From NCBI GenBank assembly GCA_951406725.2, contig OX597825.1, positions 5,084,001-5,148,000 on the forward strand: DNA of 64,000 nucleotides. The letters are read 5' to 3'. This DNA comes from Octopus vulgaris (lineage: Eukaryota). The notes beneath the pieces were generated by a model. The model made no database searches. It saw only the letters and a program-made list of their open reading frames with translations, and was not told where the DNA came from. Shown in pieces: positions 43,956-58,399 of this stretch; position 1 is the first letter of the stretch; the number at the start of each line of letters is the position of its first letter. A program made the translations under genes and the position numbers.

Positions 43956-44573
43956 TATTAACGCCTTTATTAGCATCAACAATAAAAACAACACCAGCAA
44001 CAACAGCAACATGTACAATAACAACAACAACAACAAGAACAACAGCAATAACAATAGCAAAGACAACGTCTAACCATAATCCTATCTCATGCAGTGCCAA
44101 ATGAAAGGATTAAATACTTTTGAGAATAATTCCCACGAATAGTAACAGAAATTTAGGAATTCGTTGTAGCCTTCAGACATAAACATCCGCCCTCTTCAAG
44201 CAGAAATATGCTGGAAATACTCCAAGCATTTCCTATTTCTGCACAATAGATTACAACATTGCATTGGATTAACTCTAACTGTGCCACGCACTATATCCCC
44301 CAAGCTGCTTATCATAATATTTCAGGCTTTCCGTTTATGTGTCTAGTAGGGATGGTCATTGCAGTGTTGAAAAGAATGTCTCACGTTCACTTTTACTTCC
44401 GCCAGAAGTGCAGATCTCCACAGCGCTGACTTTGCATCTTAGATCTTGAGATGAACGAGTTATTAGTCAGAGATTGTGGTGGTATCTTTCATTCCTTCTT
44501 TACTTCTTCCTTTCTTCATCCTGGACGGAATACCAGTCCAGGGTAACTTTAAATGAAGTATTTTACTCATATA

Positions 44574-44762
44574 TACGAGGGGCTTTGAAAAGTTGTTGGC
44601 TTTGGATAAGAGAAAACACAGGAGGATCAGTTAATTATGATTTTATTTAACATATTTCCTTCAGCTTTTCGAAGCCCTCTAAAAGATCTCGGAAGTTTGG
44701 ACCTCCAATCACGCCTTTCGTGTTACCCTTAAAAACAGGATTATTTCAGTACCCCCTCGTTT
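44574..44762. mobile_element. Mariner-type MITE
   Basis: TIRs tacgaggggctttgaaaagt / attatttcagtaccccctcgt at TA. Confidence 0.7.
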
Positions 44763-44861
44763 ATATATATATATATATATAAGGTTGAAAAGGAACACAC
44801 GAGTTGATATATATGGAAAAAAGTTAGGGTAGAAAATGCTAAAATAATTTTATAAAAAACG

Positions 44862-44903
44862 TTTCAGTACCGGCTTCAGCCTTTGAGACATTTTCAACTG
44901 TAA
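44862..44903 (-). ncRNA. Decayed second copy of the U3:A8 hammerhead-like motif
   Basis: ttacag-TTGAAAA-tgtctcaaaggct-GAAg-ccgg-TA-ctgaaa. Flanks are homologous to 23635-23730. Confidence 0.45.
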
Positions 44904-44999
44904 GTTAATTTTGGAAAAATTACTAATGTTATTATATAGCATTTATAACACTAGTCTGACGCACATGTTTGCTTTTTCTCAGTCGAGGCAAGAATGTAA

Positions 45000-45890
45000 T
45001 GTGAAGACTCTCTTTGACATCTGCCCCACATTTTTTTTAAAAACAAGACATGGATAACCTTTTTCGAAAAGCAGTACATATCAGTTATGGCTCACCATCA
45101 GGGGAGCTGGACTTCTAAGTAACTTTAAGGTATGTTTTCCTTCAGAAAGTCCTGTAGGCCGTGGTTCTCCTATGACTGGTAAAATCATTCAACCTACAAT
45201 TCTTCAATAGATGATTTTTGTCGACTTTCAAATAATCAAGCAGCTCTTCAATAAATGTGATACGGTTCGCTTTTGTCCATAAATTTTGCAACAAATGATG
45301 GTTCTGCAATTTTTCTCTCAGAATCGTGGAGTACAGGAATTACAAATGCTTATTTCTTCGGAAATTTCATTACGGGCATCAAAGATCTTCAAGAATAACT
45401 GCACGTGTTGTAGCAATATCATCTTCCGTTATACCTTTTCACACAAACGCCTTGCACCTCTCCCTTCACAGAGATTTCTACTCGAACTACTTCCTGTCTA
45501 TGTATGAACCTCACGGAGTTTTGCGCTCCTCATCATTCGCAACGAGTTTCTCAAACATCTAGGATGTGAAACTCTCGTGCCTTCCTTTCATTTCGTTCCT
45601 ACCATCTTTACCATGAAGTTATTTTTTTCTGTTCAAATTGTGTAATCCGGTCCCCACAGCAATTTCACGGCACTCTTTTGGTTGTTTATCTAAGTACTTC
45701 GTTTTTCGGTAACAAATCATCGGCTGCAGTAGATATGCGTCGAATGCAATACGTGTAAATTGATAAGTGACGTGTCGTAATGTGGTCATTGTTAGATAGG
45801 AGTCAAAATTTTCCATACGCAGCACTGCAGACTCGCGCAGGTTGTGCCGACAGACTGCTGCGTTGTTTAAAAGTACCTTTTCCTGACAAA
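45000..45890 (-). mobile_element. Heavily decayed mariner-like transposase region
   Basis: Fragments ITEDDIATTRAVILED..EISEEISI and KANRITFIEELL resemble the mariner HTH2/linker. Many stops. Confidence 0.45.
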
Positions 45891-45893
45891 CTT

Positions 45894-46024
<131 letters not shown>

Positions 46025-46766
46025 TGTATATATATATGTATACTTATATATATATACTTGTATATATATACAGAGAGAGATGTATATATGAATTATATTT
46101 ATAAATATCATATTTATTATAGATATATATATGCATACAATCAAATAATAGTATAAATAATATATTATTTATATTATATATAATATATATATATATTATT
46201 TATATTATTATATATAATAATATATATATTATTTATGTTATTATATATAAATGTATAGTGATTTCTTTATACAGTTATGTGTGTGTGAGCCTCTCCGTGT
46301 GTGTAGACGTGTTTTCAATGTGTGTCTGCGCGTATGAATGTATGTGTGTATAAAGAAATCAATACTTATCCAAGCATCTCATTGAATTGCTTACAACAGC
46401 AGAAACAACAACAACAACAGCAACAACAACAACAACAGTAACTCATCAGCAGCAGTAGGACATCAACAACGACAACAACAATAACAACAGCAGCAATAAC
46501 AGCATTCATAAGAGCAACAGCTACGACAACAACGGTGCCAAATGGAAGGACCTCTAAGTGGTCGCCCGGTTGCTAGAAATAGCAAGCAAAATCTCCACCA
46601 CCACCACTACCACCACCAAATCGCACTTGGTTTCCAATGTGCATAGTCGGCATGGTCACTGTTGGAGACGCGTTTGATCATTGGCCATTTCTATCAAGGC
46701 CGAATGGGCTAAACAGCTGCAACAGCATCAACAAGAGAAATGATATCAACAAAGCACCAGCTTCGT

Positions 46767-46845
<79 letters not shown>

Positions 46846-47129
46846 GGCTTTGACGTCGTCGTCGTCAACAACAACAACTGCAGCAACGAAGAGCAGCTGC
46901 TGTAATATGGCCATTGATAACAAGAGCACCAGCAGCAGCAGCAGCAGTATGAAATACGATGGCAGCAGCAGCAAGAGAGAGAAGAAGAGCAGCAGCATCA
47001 GCAGCAGTAACAGAGAGAGAAGAAGAGCAAGAAGAATGAAAGGCAGTGGAGAAGGTTACACAGCTGGGAATGTTGTGATTAAAAGTGCAGACGTAGTTTA
47101 TTCATTGCAGACATTTAAAAAAAAAGGGA

Positions 47130-47680
47130 ATCGGGAGGAGGAGGAGGAGGAGGAGGAGGAGGGGGGTGCCGACGAAGAACTGAATGAGAAAAGGGGAGGG
47201 GGTTGAGGGGGGAAGAGGAGGATGAGATGAGGACGAGGAGGGTTGCCGATGAAGAACTGAAGGAGGAAAGGGGAGGGAGGAGGCGAGGAGGAGGAGGAGG
47301 AGCAGGAGAGGAGGCAGTGGGAGAAGGAGTAGGTAGATGAGGAGGAGGAGATGGTGAGAGAAGGAGTAGGTAGAGGAGGAAGAGGAGGAGAGAGGTAGAG
47401 GAGAGAGGGAGGGAGAAGGAGGGAGGGGAGAAGGAGGGAGGGGAGAAGGAGGGAGAGGAGGAGGAGGAGGAGGGTAATGAGGAAGTGGGAAGAGGGAAAA
47501 GGAAGAGAATTTAACGAAGGATCAGAAGTAGGAGGAGAAAGAAGAAAAAGAGGAAGGGAAGGAAGAAAGAGAGGAAGGGAAGGAAGAAAGAGAGGGGATG
47601 AGATAGAAGAGGGGGGAAAAGAAGGAAAGGAGAAGAGGAAAAAAGGAAGTGAGAAGAAGAAGAGAAGGAGATTACGAAGA
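47130..47680. repeat. Long polypurine (GA-rich) low-complexity tract
   Basis: Almost exclusively G/A on the + strand. Confidence 0.9.
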
Positions 47681-48194
47681 AACAACCGGTACCACTACCA
47701 ATAGTACTGTTGCTGCTGCTGCTCGATTCAGGCCGGCAGCCAGTTCAAGAGACTTGCGGTGACTCATTCAGTAAAATACGATGGTGTCTAGTTTTTTTGT
47801 TGGAAGAGGTAAGTGGCGGTTTCAATCCCTACTACAACGCAACCTCAACAACGACAACAACAACAACAACAACACCATTTACTCCGAAAACAACAACAAA
47901 TACTACTGCTACGAAGACGACGACGACGAATTCTACTACAACTACTACTACTGATGACACCTCTACTTGGATAACAACTTATGAGTGACTCATTCAGTAA
48001 ATGATGATGTTATCGAGTTCTTGCGGCAGGTTCTAAGTGGCACTTCCAATTTCTACCATAACACAACAGAACACATCTCACCACCACCACCACCACCACC
48101 AACACCACCATCACCAGCAACAACAACAAATTCTACCGCCACCACCACCACCACCGTCACCACTGCTATTGCTACTACAAAACTAATGTAACTA

Positions 48195-48410
48195 GAATCT
48201 CTGCGGTGCTTCTTTGAGATGGTAGAAATAGCAAACAACCCGCCCTCAAATCTCTCTGTATCGTCTTAAAACAAAGCATATTGGATAAGGCAGTCCTGGG
48301 TTCTCAGCACATACGGAAATGACGGGATGGTCATAGTTGGAATACTTTTGATCACAGGTCTACTAGGCCAGGATGACCGGGGGTTAAACTACAACAGCAT
48401 CAACAAGAGC
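48195..48410 (+). mobile_element. Old interspersed repeat family F (ctagaaatagc...ggatggtcat...tttgatcataggtc...ggggttaaacaac)
   Basis: Diverged relatives at ~46550-46720, 49440-49530, 49600-49785, 11450-11545(-) and 63770-63815. Confidence 0.6.
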
Positions 48411-49884
48411 AACGACACAAATCCTTATTAACAATATGAAACACCAATAGGTTAACGAGGAGTGGAGGGGTGTCTCTAGATGGCCACACATCCATTGAGT
48501 AACGACACAAGGTTGCCTTCGCTTGGTGAAGGTATTCTCGTAAGAGTAGCAGTGGTTGCTGTTATTGTTGCATTAATAAATATTTTCTTGCTAGGTTTAA
48601 TCTCAAGTATCCGAAGCGGCCGATACGTTCACTGTGAAAAAAATTAGAGTTCTGAGACCGAGTCTCACCGGCTTGCAACCAGAGATCATGGAATGATGGA
48701 AATTTCCATGGAATGGAAATAAAGGGATAAGAGGGTCCTACCCTTCCTCCCCGAGCAAAGCTGTACTGATCAACCCAAGCATGATCGAGTAGAATCCTAT
48801 CATATAAACCCTTCCGTTCTGAGGTGGTTGATCTAATCCGGGTGCTTGATTAAAATCATCACTTCTCCTTTGGATGTCTTGAGCAGTTTCCACTTTATTG
48901 CCTATCTACAGTCGGAAGATAAATTAGTCTAATGATGTGCTACTGATTTCCAGCTGTAGTGACCCATAGGGGGAGCTTTCTCCCTTATTTTTCTTCCCAG
49001 GGATCTCAGAGGCGCAGAAAGGGGCTGATAATGGTGCCTTTCCATCTTCTGACAAAGCTAAGGTATATTGTCTGTATGTTCGCTCGACCTGCTGGAAATA
49101 GCAACCATACTCCCTTATGTTACACCCTAGAACAATGATTTCAATCCGGGGTGCCGCGATACGCTTGGGTGAGGGAAACAATTGTTAGAATGTTCCGAAT
49201 TTATGTAACACGAATAGCAAAAAACGTCGAAATCTGTATTCTTTTTAAAATGCATTAAGAGTGAGAAAACACAATCAGAACAGAGCAAATTTCCCTCCGG
49301 TGTTTATACTTTTCGACAGAATGAAACCAAAGATGACGTGTTTCTAAAACATAGAGAGATAAGGTGACAAGAATACAGAAATTTTGTAAGCCTCAACTCA
49401 AATGTCATGAAGAATAAAGAGCACATTTTAACACGTAGACCTAAATATCTAAAAAGATTGGATAGTCACGACTGTAACGACCTTGAATATAAGCTTGCTC
49501 AATCAAGATTGACCTTGAGCGAAACAACACACAAAGTTATTTTTTAATAACATGAACAACAGAAAAAGAAATTAGAGCCAAAAGAATGCCAATAAGTGTT
49601 CGTGCAATCTGCTGAATATCAACAAGATCTTTCTCAAATCACATTCCATTGTCTTACAAAACATTTAGAAGGTCATATTGGATAATGTAGGCCTAGATAT
49701 AATAAAAACAAAGGATGACTACGGATAGAAGGTTTCCGATCATAAGTCAGCTTGACCAGAGCTGGTCTAAGTTAAACAACAAGAAAATGAGTAAAATAAC
49801 AAAACAAGACTAATATCAAGTACAGCAAAAGCTGTGGCAGAAAATAAATTGTAAAGAGCAGACGATTGTGAGTTCTTGTGTATG

Positions 49885-50110
49885 CAGTGAGCTGGCAGAA
49901 ACGTTAGCACGCCGGACGAAATATTTTGCGGTATTTCGTCCGCCGCTGCGTTCTGAGTTCAAATTCCGCCCAGGTCGGCTTTGCCTTTCATCCTTCGGGA
50001 TCGATAAATTAAGCACCAGTTACGCACTGGGGTCGATGTAATAGACTTAATCCCTTGTCTGTCTTTGTTTGTCCCCTCTGTATTTAGCCCCTTGTGGGCA
50101 GTAAAGAAAC
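49885..50110 (+). mobile_element. Well-preserved SINE family A monomer
   Basis: gtgagctggcagaaacgttagcacgcc...gttctgagttcaaattccgcc...cccttgtgggcagtaaagaaa. Confidence 0.85.
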
Positions 50111-50976
50111 AGATATTGACCTATGCTGATTAAACTTCCTAATTTGCCCATTCATTCGTTTTCATCCGTGCAGTAAACACTGGAATTATACATCCAGCAG
50201 TGAGTTGATAATTAAGGGAGTTTTTAGCTTTTCTTTCCAGCAAGTCAAGCAATCACGAACAGGCTCCCATGGTGGCCCCAGTCTCCAGCATAAAATATCA
50301 TTTATGTTTTCTTTAAAACAAAGCTTTAAAGAAACAACTGCGACAAATAAAACGAATGTAAAATTCCGAAATAGAATAACAATTAAACGAGACAAGGAAA
50401 GAAATAACAATCGAAATGCAAATATTAATATAACATAATGTATTAAGAACAAGAGAAAACAATGGCCTGCAAAACATGTACGAAAACATCAACAACAACA
50501 ACAATAAGCAATAACAACAACAACAGCAGCATCAGCAGGAGCAACAACAGCGAAAATAGAAAAGACTATGGCAACAATGAATTATTCTATGAGAATGTCT
50601 GTCAAACAAATATGGCGAATGTGTGACGAGAATAGAAATAGAAAATATAGTTATTTGTCAACAACTGGTATTATGGGATGGACTGGCGGTAACTTTTTCA
50701 TGAAAGTGTTTCAATAGAAATCCAGATGCCTGGCTGAGGGTAAGGAGGTGGGAAAGGAGGGGGGTGGAGGAAAGGAGAGGAAACAAAAAAGAATTAGAAA
50801 GATTGATGTCTAGGAATGTGTATATGGGTGTGTGTGTATAATATATGTGTGTGTGCATATGTATACATATGTCTATGTACATATATATGCATATATAAAT
50901 ATATTTGCGTATATATGTATATATATATATGTGTGTGTGCTTGTGTCTATATATATACATATTTATATATACATAC

Positions 50977-51024
<48 letters not shown>

Positions 51025-51056
51025 GGGCTATAATGTGTATGTGAATATACAACTAA

Positions 51057-51104
<48 letters not shown>

Positions 51105-51174
51105 GATGAAAGAGATTGTGAGTGAGAATAGACAGAGAACAATCAGGAATGTGTGTGTCTATGGATGTGTGTAT

Positions 51175-51249
<75 letters not shown>

Positions 51250-51928
51250 TGTGCATGTGTTTGGGTTTGTCTGTGTGTGAGAACTTGTAAGTGGAGAGAA
51301 AAGGACAAGATGAGGAGTTAAGGAACATAACAAAGACAATTGAGGACATAAGATACGAAATAACATATCTGATAAGGTGGGGGTCGAGATGATGTGGTAG
51401 AAAAAAAGTGGTGAGGGAGAAAGATAATGACGTAAAGATCTCAAGCAGCAAGGAAGTGAAAGAATGTAGCACTGAGCTAAATGAGAGAGAAAGAGAGAAA
51501 GAGAGAAAGAGAGAGAAACAGAAAGAGAGAGGCAGACAGACAGACTAGATTGAAATGCTAGATGGTGGGATATTGAGAAAGAGAAAGAGAAAAACAAAGA
51601 ACGGTAGAAAGAAGAGGAAGATATGTGGGTAAGAGGAATTTTGTGGGAGAGAAGAGAAAGATGAAGGATGAAAGAAAAAATGAGATAAGGGGATGCAGGA
51701 AAGCAGGAGGTAAAACGACAGTGATAATGAAAAATCGAGTGCGGAGGATAAGAGACAGACAGGACAAAGTTGGAAGAGTATACCGCGGTAGTTACATAAC
51801 AGCTTTTAAAGTACATTATATTATTAGCATGCATACATGCATATATGTATGTATAGATAGATAGGTAAATATACGAATAGATAGATATAAATATATGTGA
51901 GTGTATGTGTGAGCGTACGGCTCTGTGT

Positions 51929-51971
<43 letters not shown>

Positions 51972-52098
51972 TGCACGTACATATATGTGTTTGTAAAAAC
52001 AAAGGAATCGTGCAACAACTAATGAATGCGCACAATACATTCTAGTAGAAGGTATGACATATATTAATACTATATAATATACGTGTGTGTATGTCTGT

Positions 52099-52143
<45 letters not shown>

Positions 52144-52199
52144 CATTCATGCATATATATATACACATATATTAAATATATATACATGTATACACACAC

Positions 52200-52705
52200 A
52201 CACAGATATACAGACATACATATATACATACATACATACATTATATACATACATACATGCATGCATACATACATACATACATACATGCATGCATGCATGC
52301 ATACATACATACATACATACATACATACATACATACATACATACATACATACATGCATGCATACATACATACATACATACATGCATACATACATACATAC
52401 ATACATTACATACATACATACATGCATGCATACATACATACATACATATACATACATACATACATACATACATACATACATTACATACATACATACATGC
52501 ATGCATACATACATACATACATACATACATGCATACATACATACATACATTACATACATACATGCATGCATACATACATACATACATACATGCATGCATA
52601 CATACATACATACATATATACATACATACATACATACATGCATACATACTTTACATACATACATACATACATACATTACATACATACATACATACATGTA
52701 TATAT
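52200..52705. repeat. (TACA)n array with recurring tta/tgca interruptions
   Basis: Directly visible. Confidence 0.95.
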
Positions 52706-52877
52706 AATTGAATCGATGTGAAGAAGAAAGCAAAATCTTGATGTAGAAGCGCAACAAATCCTAAATCCACGTCAGTTATCGTCCAAAGCATCATAACAAT
52801 GTTACGCCTTTAACGATGATGTTGTTCACCTTTGGTGGCGTCAGCGACGAACAACTGCTTCCCGGACAAGGGCCTAC

Positions 52878-53041
52878 CTTTTTCTCACATTCATAAGGCT
52901 TATCATCACCAAGTCCACAACATTTAAAATTTCTCCTTTCTATATTCAGGTTATAGCCACGATAAATCGTATTTTCAAATCCTGTAACAGGAGCTAAGTC
53001 AAAGAGCAGGGAAGATGGCATTTTGCATATCGTGCTCTTTT
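52878..53041 (-). CDS. Candidate 164-nt exon ((E)KSTICKMPSS...ERRNFKCCGLGDDKPYECEKK)
   Basis: Acceptor tttttgttttgcgcag| and donor AAG|gtaggc. Phase 1 to 0. Complex protein-like sequence with an FKCCG motif. Confidence 0.65.
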
Positions 53042-53137
53042 CTGCGCAAAACAAAAACTACTCTACTACATCAAAATTCAAAATGATGTATTTTTGTGCA
53101 ACATTTTATCGAGTTAGCGTGTATCGTTACAAAAATT

Positions 53138-53983
53138 TACGATATGTAGCCAAAATGTATCCTACCTTGATTTTTGCACAAAATAATAATGCGTAAGCAA
53201 AAACTCATGGGTATTAGTTGGCCGTGTCCTTCCTGAGCATGCGCCCGCAGTGACGCGCTTAGTACAGACGTGAAGGGTGTGCTGTGCGATTTTTCTCTTT
53301 GAGTCAAAATGACAGAATGTATTGAGCAAAGATTCTGTATCAAATTCTACCAAAAGCTTTGTGATACGCAAGCCCAGATTATCGAGAAGATTCAGAAGAC
53401 CTTTGGAGATGATGCTATGGAAAAAACTCAAATATAAGAGTAGTACAACCAGTTCAAAGATGGCCGCACTTCAGGGACCATTAAGCCACGTTGTGGCAAG
53501 ACAGTTAACAAAGAATACTTCCTGGGGGTTCTTCGTCGCTTTCGTAAAGCTGCGCTGCAAAAACGACCCGACCTGTGGGCAGCAAAGAACTGGAGACTCC
53601 ACCATGACAACGCACCCGCTCATTCCACCCGCGTTGTCCAGGCATTCCTCGTCAAGCAAAACACACCACTCGTTCGTCAGGAATCCTTCTCCCGAGACTT
53701 GGCTCCGTGTGACTTTTGGATATTCCCAAAGCTCAAAAAGAAAAAAAACACTCAAATGGAGAAGATTTGTGTCAACAGAGGACATTAAACCAAATTAGAC
53801 AGCACAGCTCTACAGAATCCCAAAGAATGATTTCCAGAAATGTTTCTAGCGGCGGCAGGAACGCTGACAGAACTCTGTAGACACCCAAGGTGAATACTTT
53901 GAAGGAGACTAAATGAAAATGAATGTTTTAATATTACTTGTCCTTTGCCAAAAGGCCGGATGCTTTTTTACTACACCTCGTAT
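53138..53983 (+). mobile_element. Internally deleted, decayed mariner element
   Basis: TIRs tacgatatgtagccaaaatgtatcc / ggatgcttttttactacacctcgta. Encodes EQRFCIKF...FKDGRTS and LHHDNAPAH...SRDLAPCDFWIFPKLK...GEYFEGD*. Confidence 0.9.
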
Positions 53984-54539
53984 ATACTTTGATTCTTTGA
54001 TAGGTTTCGGCCAGTATTGATCCAGCCCTTGTCTAACTTGATAGCACAACCTGGCAAAGTCATTCAAATCAGGAATCGGAAAACATGACCCACTCGAGGA
54101 GAGAGTTGTTGCTTATGGAGACATATCCGTGTGTAGGCGATTTGTCTGGGATTTTTTGAAGGAATTTGTCCAAAGATTTCTTGAACTTCATATATATATA
54201 TATATCAACACTATTGATGTCACGTAGTGTATATGTTTCTATTTATGCGCTCATCAGCTGGAGGATAACATCAGAAGGGAAAATTATTTGCAGCCGAGTG
54301 TTTATAAAGCGCTGCAAATCTCAAATCAGATGATAGATGAGACAACTTGCCCTGCAGGTGATCGAGAATGATGGATATCCGAACGTTGCTGTTTCTGCAG
54401 CTCATCGGCATTGTAAAGATTCAAGGACACTTTCCTTCCTCCTGGTTATATGATATACATGTGTGAGTGTAAACGTTTGCGTATGCTGGTGTATGTGTTC
54501 GTACATGTGTATGTGTTGGGAGGCAGAAATTGATTGATT

Positions 54540-54735
54540 TTATGGAGAATCCGCCGCTAGACAACCAGTGTTTGTGATTTTACGGCCCCGCAATTTAACA
54601 CCTCGACAAAAGAGGACGATAGAGTGAATACCAGGCTTAAGAAATAAAATAAGTAATGATGACGATGTGTTTGACCAAATTTCACAAGGTTGCACTCCAG
54701 TATGGCCACGAATTATGAGTGAAAGAAAAGATGAG
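54540..54735 (+). mobile_element. Diverged SINE family B tail
   Basis: Reverse complement of 20585-20770. Confidence 0.6.
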
Positions 54736-54861
54736 AAATATTTCTTTATATCAACTTGCTTCTTTGTTATACAAATATTCAGTGTCAATAGCTTTCATTG
54801 AAGATATGCAGTCAGAAAAGGCTATCACAACAATCTCTCTTAGTATGCATAAGCTCAAGGG

Positions 54862-55219
54862 TGGAGGCGCAATGGCCCAGTGGTTAGGGAAGCGGACTCG
54901 CTTTTGCAGGATCAAGGTTTCGATTGCCTGACCGAACGTTGTGAGTGTTTATTGAGCCAAAACGCCTAAAGCTCCACGAAGAAACGGCAGTGGGTGGTGG
55001 TGAACCCTGCTGTACTCTTTCTTCCTGTTGCTGTAGTACCTGTATTCTAAAGGGCCAGCCTTGTCGCATTCTGTGTCACGCTGAATCTCCTCGAGGACTA
55101 CGTTAAGAGTGCATGTGTATGTGGAGTGCTCAGCCACTTGCATGTTAATTTCACGAGCAGGCTGTTCAGTTCATTGGATCAGGTGGAACCCTCGTCGTCG
55201 CAACCGACGGAGTGCTGTA
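54862..55219 (+). mobile_element. Full-length SINE family C with 13-bp TSD
   Basis: tRNA-like head ggaggcgcaatggcccagtggttaggg...ggtttcgatt. TSD ataagctcaaggg at 54849-54861 and 55220-55232. Confidence 0.9.
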
Positions 55220-55502
55220 ATAAGCTCAAGGGATATTTTTTAACATGAAGGTTTTAATCATATAATTAAGATGGTTAAACGAAATCCTAAATTCAATATA
55301 ATTTACAAGTAATTGCCGAAAAGAATTATTCATTATCACTTTAATTAAAAATGATGTGATCGGTTCTGGTCGAAGTTCCACCATTCGCGAATAACGTTGA
55401 GAAGATTGACAACTTCATTACACGCCTCTCGGTTATTGACTTCCGAAAAAATTCGGAGGTCCCATGAAATTTATATACATTATCGTCACATACTGAAAAC
55501 GC

Positions 55503-55548
<46 letters not shown>

Positions 55549-55864
55549 ATACTGCCATCGGGTTGGTGGCCTACATACGCACATACGTACATATGTACAT
55601 ACATACATTTATACATACATACACATATACACACAAGCACAAACACACACACACACATACATACACATACATATATATATATTCCACTTTACAGGAACGC
55701 CTTTCCATCGCAGGGTTAATATTTATCGCCGGATGAACTGGACAAGCGCAAAAGGAAGTGTTTTACTAAAAAAAAATCAACACACCGCTGACCTGAGGAT
55801 CGAAACTACGATATTGCGATCTTCAGTTCAACACCCTATGTATTAGGCTACGTACCTTCAAACC

Positions 55865-55913
<49 letters not shown>

Positions 55914-57857
55914 CATATATGTATCCATACACACACATACATATACACACGGTCATATATAAGCAAAATGAGCTTGAAATTGAAAATCGTCCTCTCAGAG
56001 GCATACAAGACCGTGTAATGGGTGCGCAGTTGAGATTTACGAAATTCTGTTCGGAAGAAACTACTTATAACTGTAAACTGTATAACTTCCAGAGCTTATA
56101 TACTTTCACAGTAGACGAGACATTTCATAACTGATATGTACATCTTTCGTTTTATTTGTTATATTCCTTTGCATTTTTATGCAGTCTATAAATTTCCACC
56201 ACCTCATTGTTTTCATATTACTTTAAATTTTCTCGCCCATATATTTTGAAGGCCTTTCAAATGTATACATTAACTTGAAAATTAAACAAAGCATCCAACT
56301 CATTACACATTTTTATTTGACCAAAAACATAAACATACAAACACATAATATACCATATTTTAAAAATGCATTTTGATGACAATCATCTCACTGAAACATC
56401 ATACAATATTCAACGCTTTTGAGATGTGTCACACTCTACTAAAAAAATGGATCTAAACAAACATTGAGAGATAATAATTATTCCCAGAATTCTCATAATC
56501 TTTCTAAATGGCATTTGCGACTCGGATACATTTCAAAAAACAAATATTTGTCACAAATAGAAATTGAACACCTATTCTATGTTAAGAAAAACTACAGAAA
56601 ATAAATAAAGATGTGCAGAACATTTATAAAATTTTATAAAATCGTGGAACGACAATGGTTGTTATATTTTGTCTCTCTGAAACTTCTTCTGAGATTTAAA
56701 TATGCTATGTTTATATATATATCATAAATGTTATATGCATCGTTATTTTAATCTAATGTTTCAAGTGCGTGTATTTATTTACAGTAAGTACATTTCTAAA
56801 AGGTTCATACTTCATTGTAAGAAAGCTAACTTACATTAGAATGCTTTAGAATATCACTTCGCCACCACAAAGCAAAATATTTTATTGCCACAAACCCAAG
56901 GAAATAAAAAGTCAATAATTCACAAAGAAATACTTCACACCTTTACACAGTCAACCGCTCTTGTTTTCGTGATTTCTGTTTCATTTTTCTTGAAAAGCTG
57001 ATACAAAAGCAGTTATATATGAGGCATTTATTTTAATGATTAAATTTTTTTTTGAAAGAAATGAAGCGAATGTACAACCGTATAGTCACTATTATCTCAA
57101 AATATTCGTCGTCTGCTTTTTGTAAAAAATCAATACCATAACACGTACATTCACACACATATATTTTTTTATCACATACTGTATATATTTACGTTATATT
57201 TCAGGCCTCGCGCTTATAAAAGAAATGATATTTCTTCTATAATTTATACATATATTGTATGTTATATAGTTATTTAATTATTATAGTTGTGATTACTTTT
57301 CATTCAAAATTTTTTCCTTATTTTTCTTTATTCTTAGAATTTTCCATGTAAGATTTTTTTTTACATTTATAAGAAAAAATATACACACATTTTTATCGCT
57401 ATTTCGTGTTTTTGAAATTTAATTTGTTTATTACATTTACACGTATTCTCGTTTCCATATTTCATTTTAAAATTATTGCTTTCCTTATCCCTGTATTCAT
57501 CTCTATCACACAATCACCCCCATAATAGTTCTCATCTTCGTATTTGGTTGAGGTCGCGAATAGCGATAAAACGACTTTGAGAAACAAATTGCCGATTGAT
57601 TGTTTCACCAGCACATTAAACAAACAATCGATTAATTATTTGCTTAGATATTTAAACAATTGACTAGCAATAAAGAAGTAATTTTGAATCAGTGCGTATG
57701 TTGTTATTATTGGAGCAATGACCCTCCCGAGACATTTCCGCCATCCTAAATAATTAATACCATAATTATTTTTTTAATAATTTATTGATGAACATTTGGT
57801 TTGTTTATTTCTCAAGTACTTGACCTTTACTTTTCTGATTTTCAATATTAATTACGT

Positions 57858-57995
57858 GAGGCGGCGAGCAGAAAGAAATGTCAACGCGCCAGGCAAAATG
57901 CTCAGCCGCATTTCGTCTGTCTTTACGTTCTGGGATTAAATGCCGCCGGGGTCGACTTTGATGTTCATCTCTTTGGGGTCGATAAAATAAGTACA
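57858..57995 (+). mobile_element. Truncated SINE family A
   Basis: gaggcggcgagc...gggtcgactttg...ggggtcgataaaataagtac. Confidence 0.75.
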
Positions 57996-58399
57996 AGCTC
58001 CTCACTCGAAATTTGGAATAATTTTGTAGATGATTCTATTTGAAGATAGGTAGAAAAATAAACTGTTAATTATACACACACATACATACACACATATACA
58101 CACACATACACACTCACACACTCACTCACACACAGAAGGTCGAGAGGGAGAGGGGGAGTTTTATGTCTATTTTAACCGATTTAATAATCGATTTCGTACA
58201 CAGGATTTAGGCAAAAACCTTCAAAACCTCGGCGCTCATCAGAAGGGCCGGTACGGACCATTTGGCAATGACTCTGTTACTGGATGTATATAAGTGGCAC
58301 ATCTTTTTTTGAGGTATTGTACGAAAACGGGATTGAAAAAACAAAAATTTCAGCAGTTCAGAGTATTTCGTCAAGCGTTATGGCCCTAGGCAACACCAC

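Noticed and set aside
50186-50312. Exon candidate ENINDILCWRLGPPWEPVRDCLTCWKEK (minus strand)
   Set aside because: Weak AAG acceptor and poor donor; phase is incompatible with the flanking candidates.
54225-54262. Minus-strand CUGAUGAG...GAAAC
   Set aside because: Stems I and II do not pair.
55341-55492. Exon candidate VCDDNVYKFHGTSEFFRK (minus strand)
   Set aside because: Acceptor is plausible but there is no convincing donor, and it is not needed for the in-phase 58400-53041 junction.
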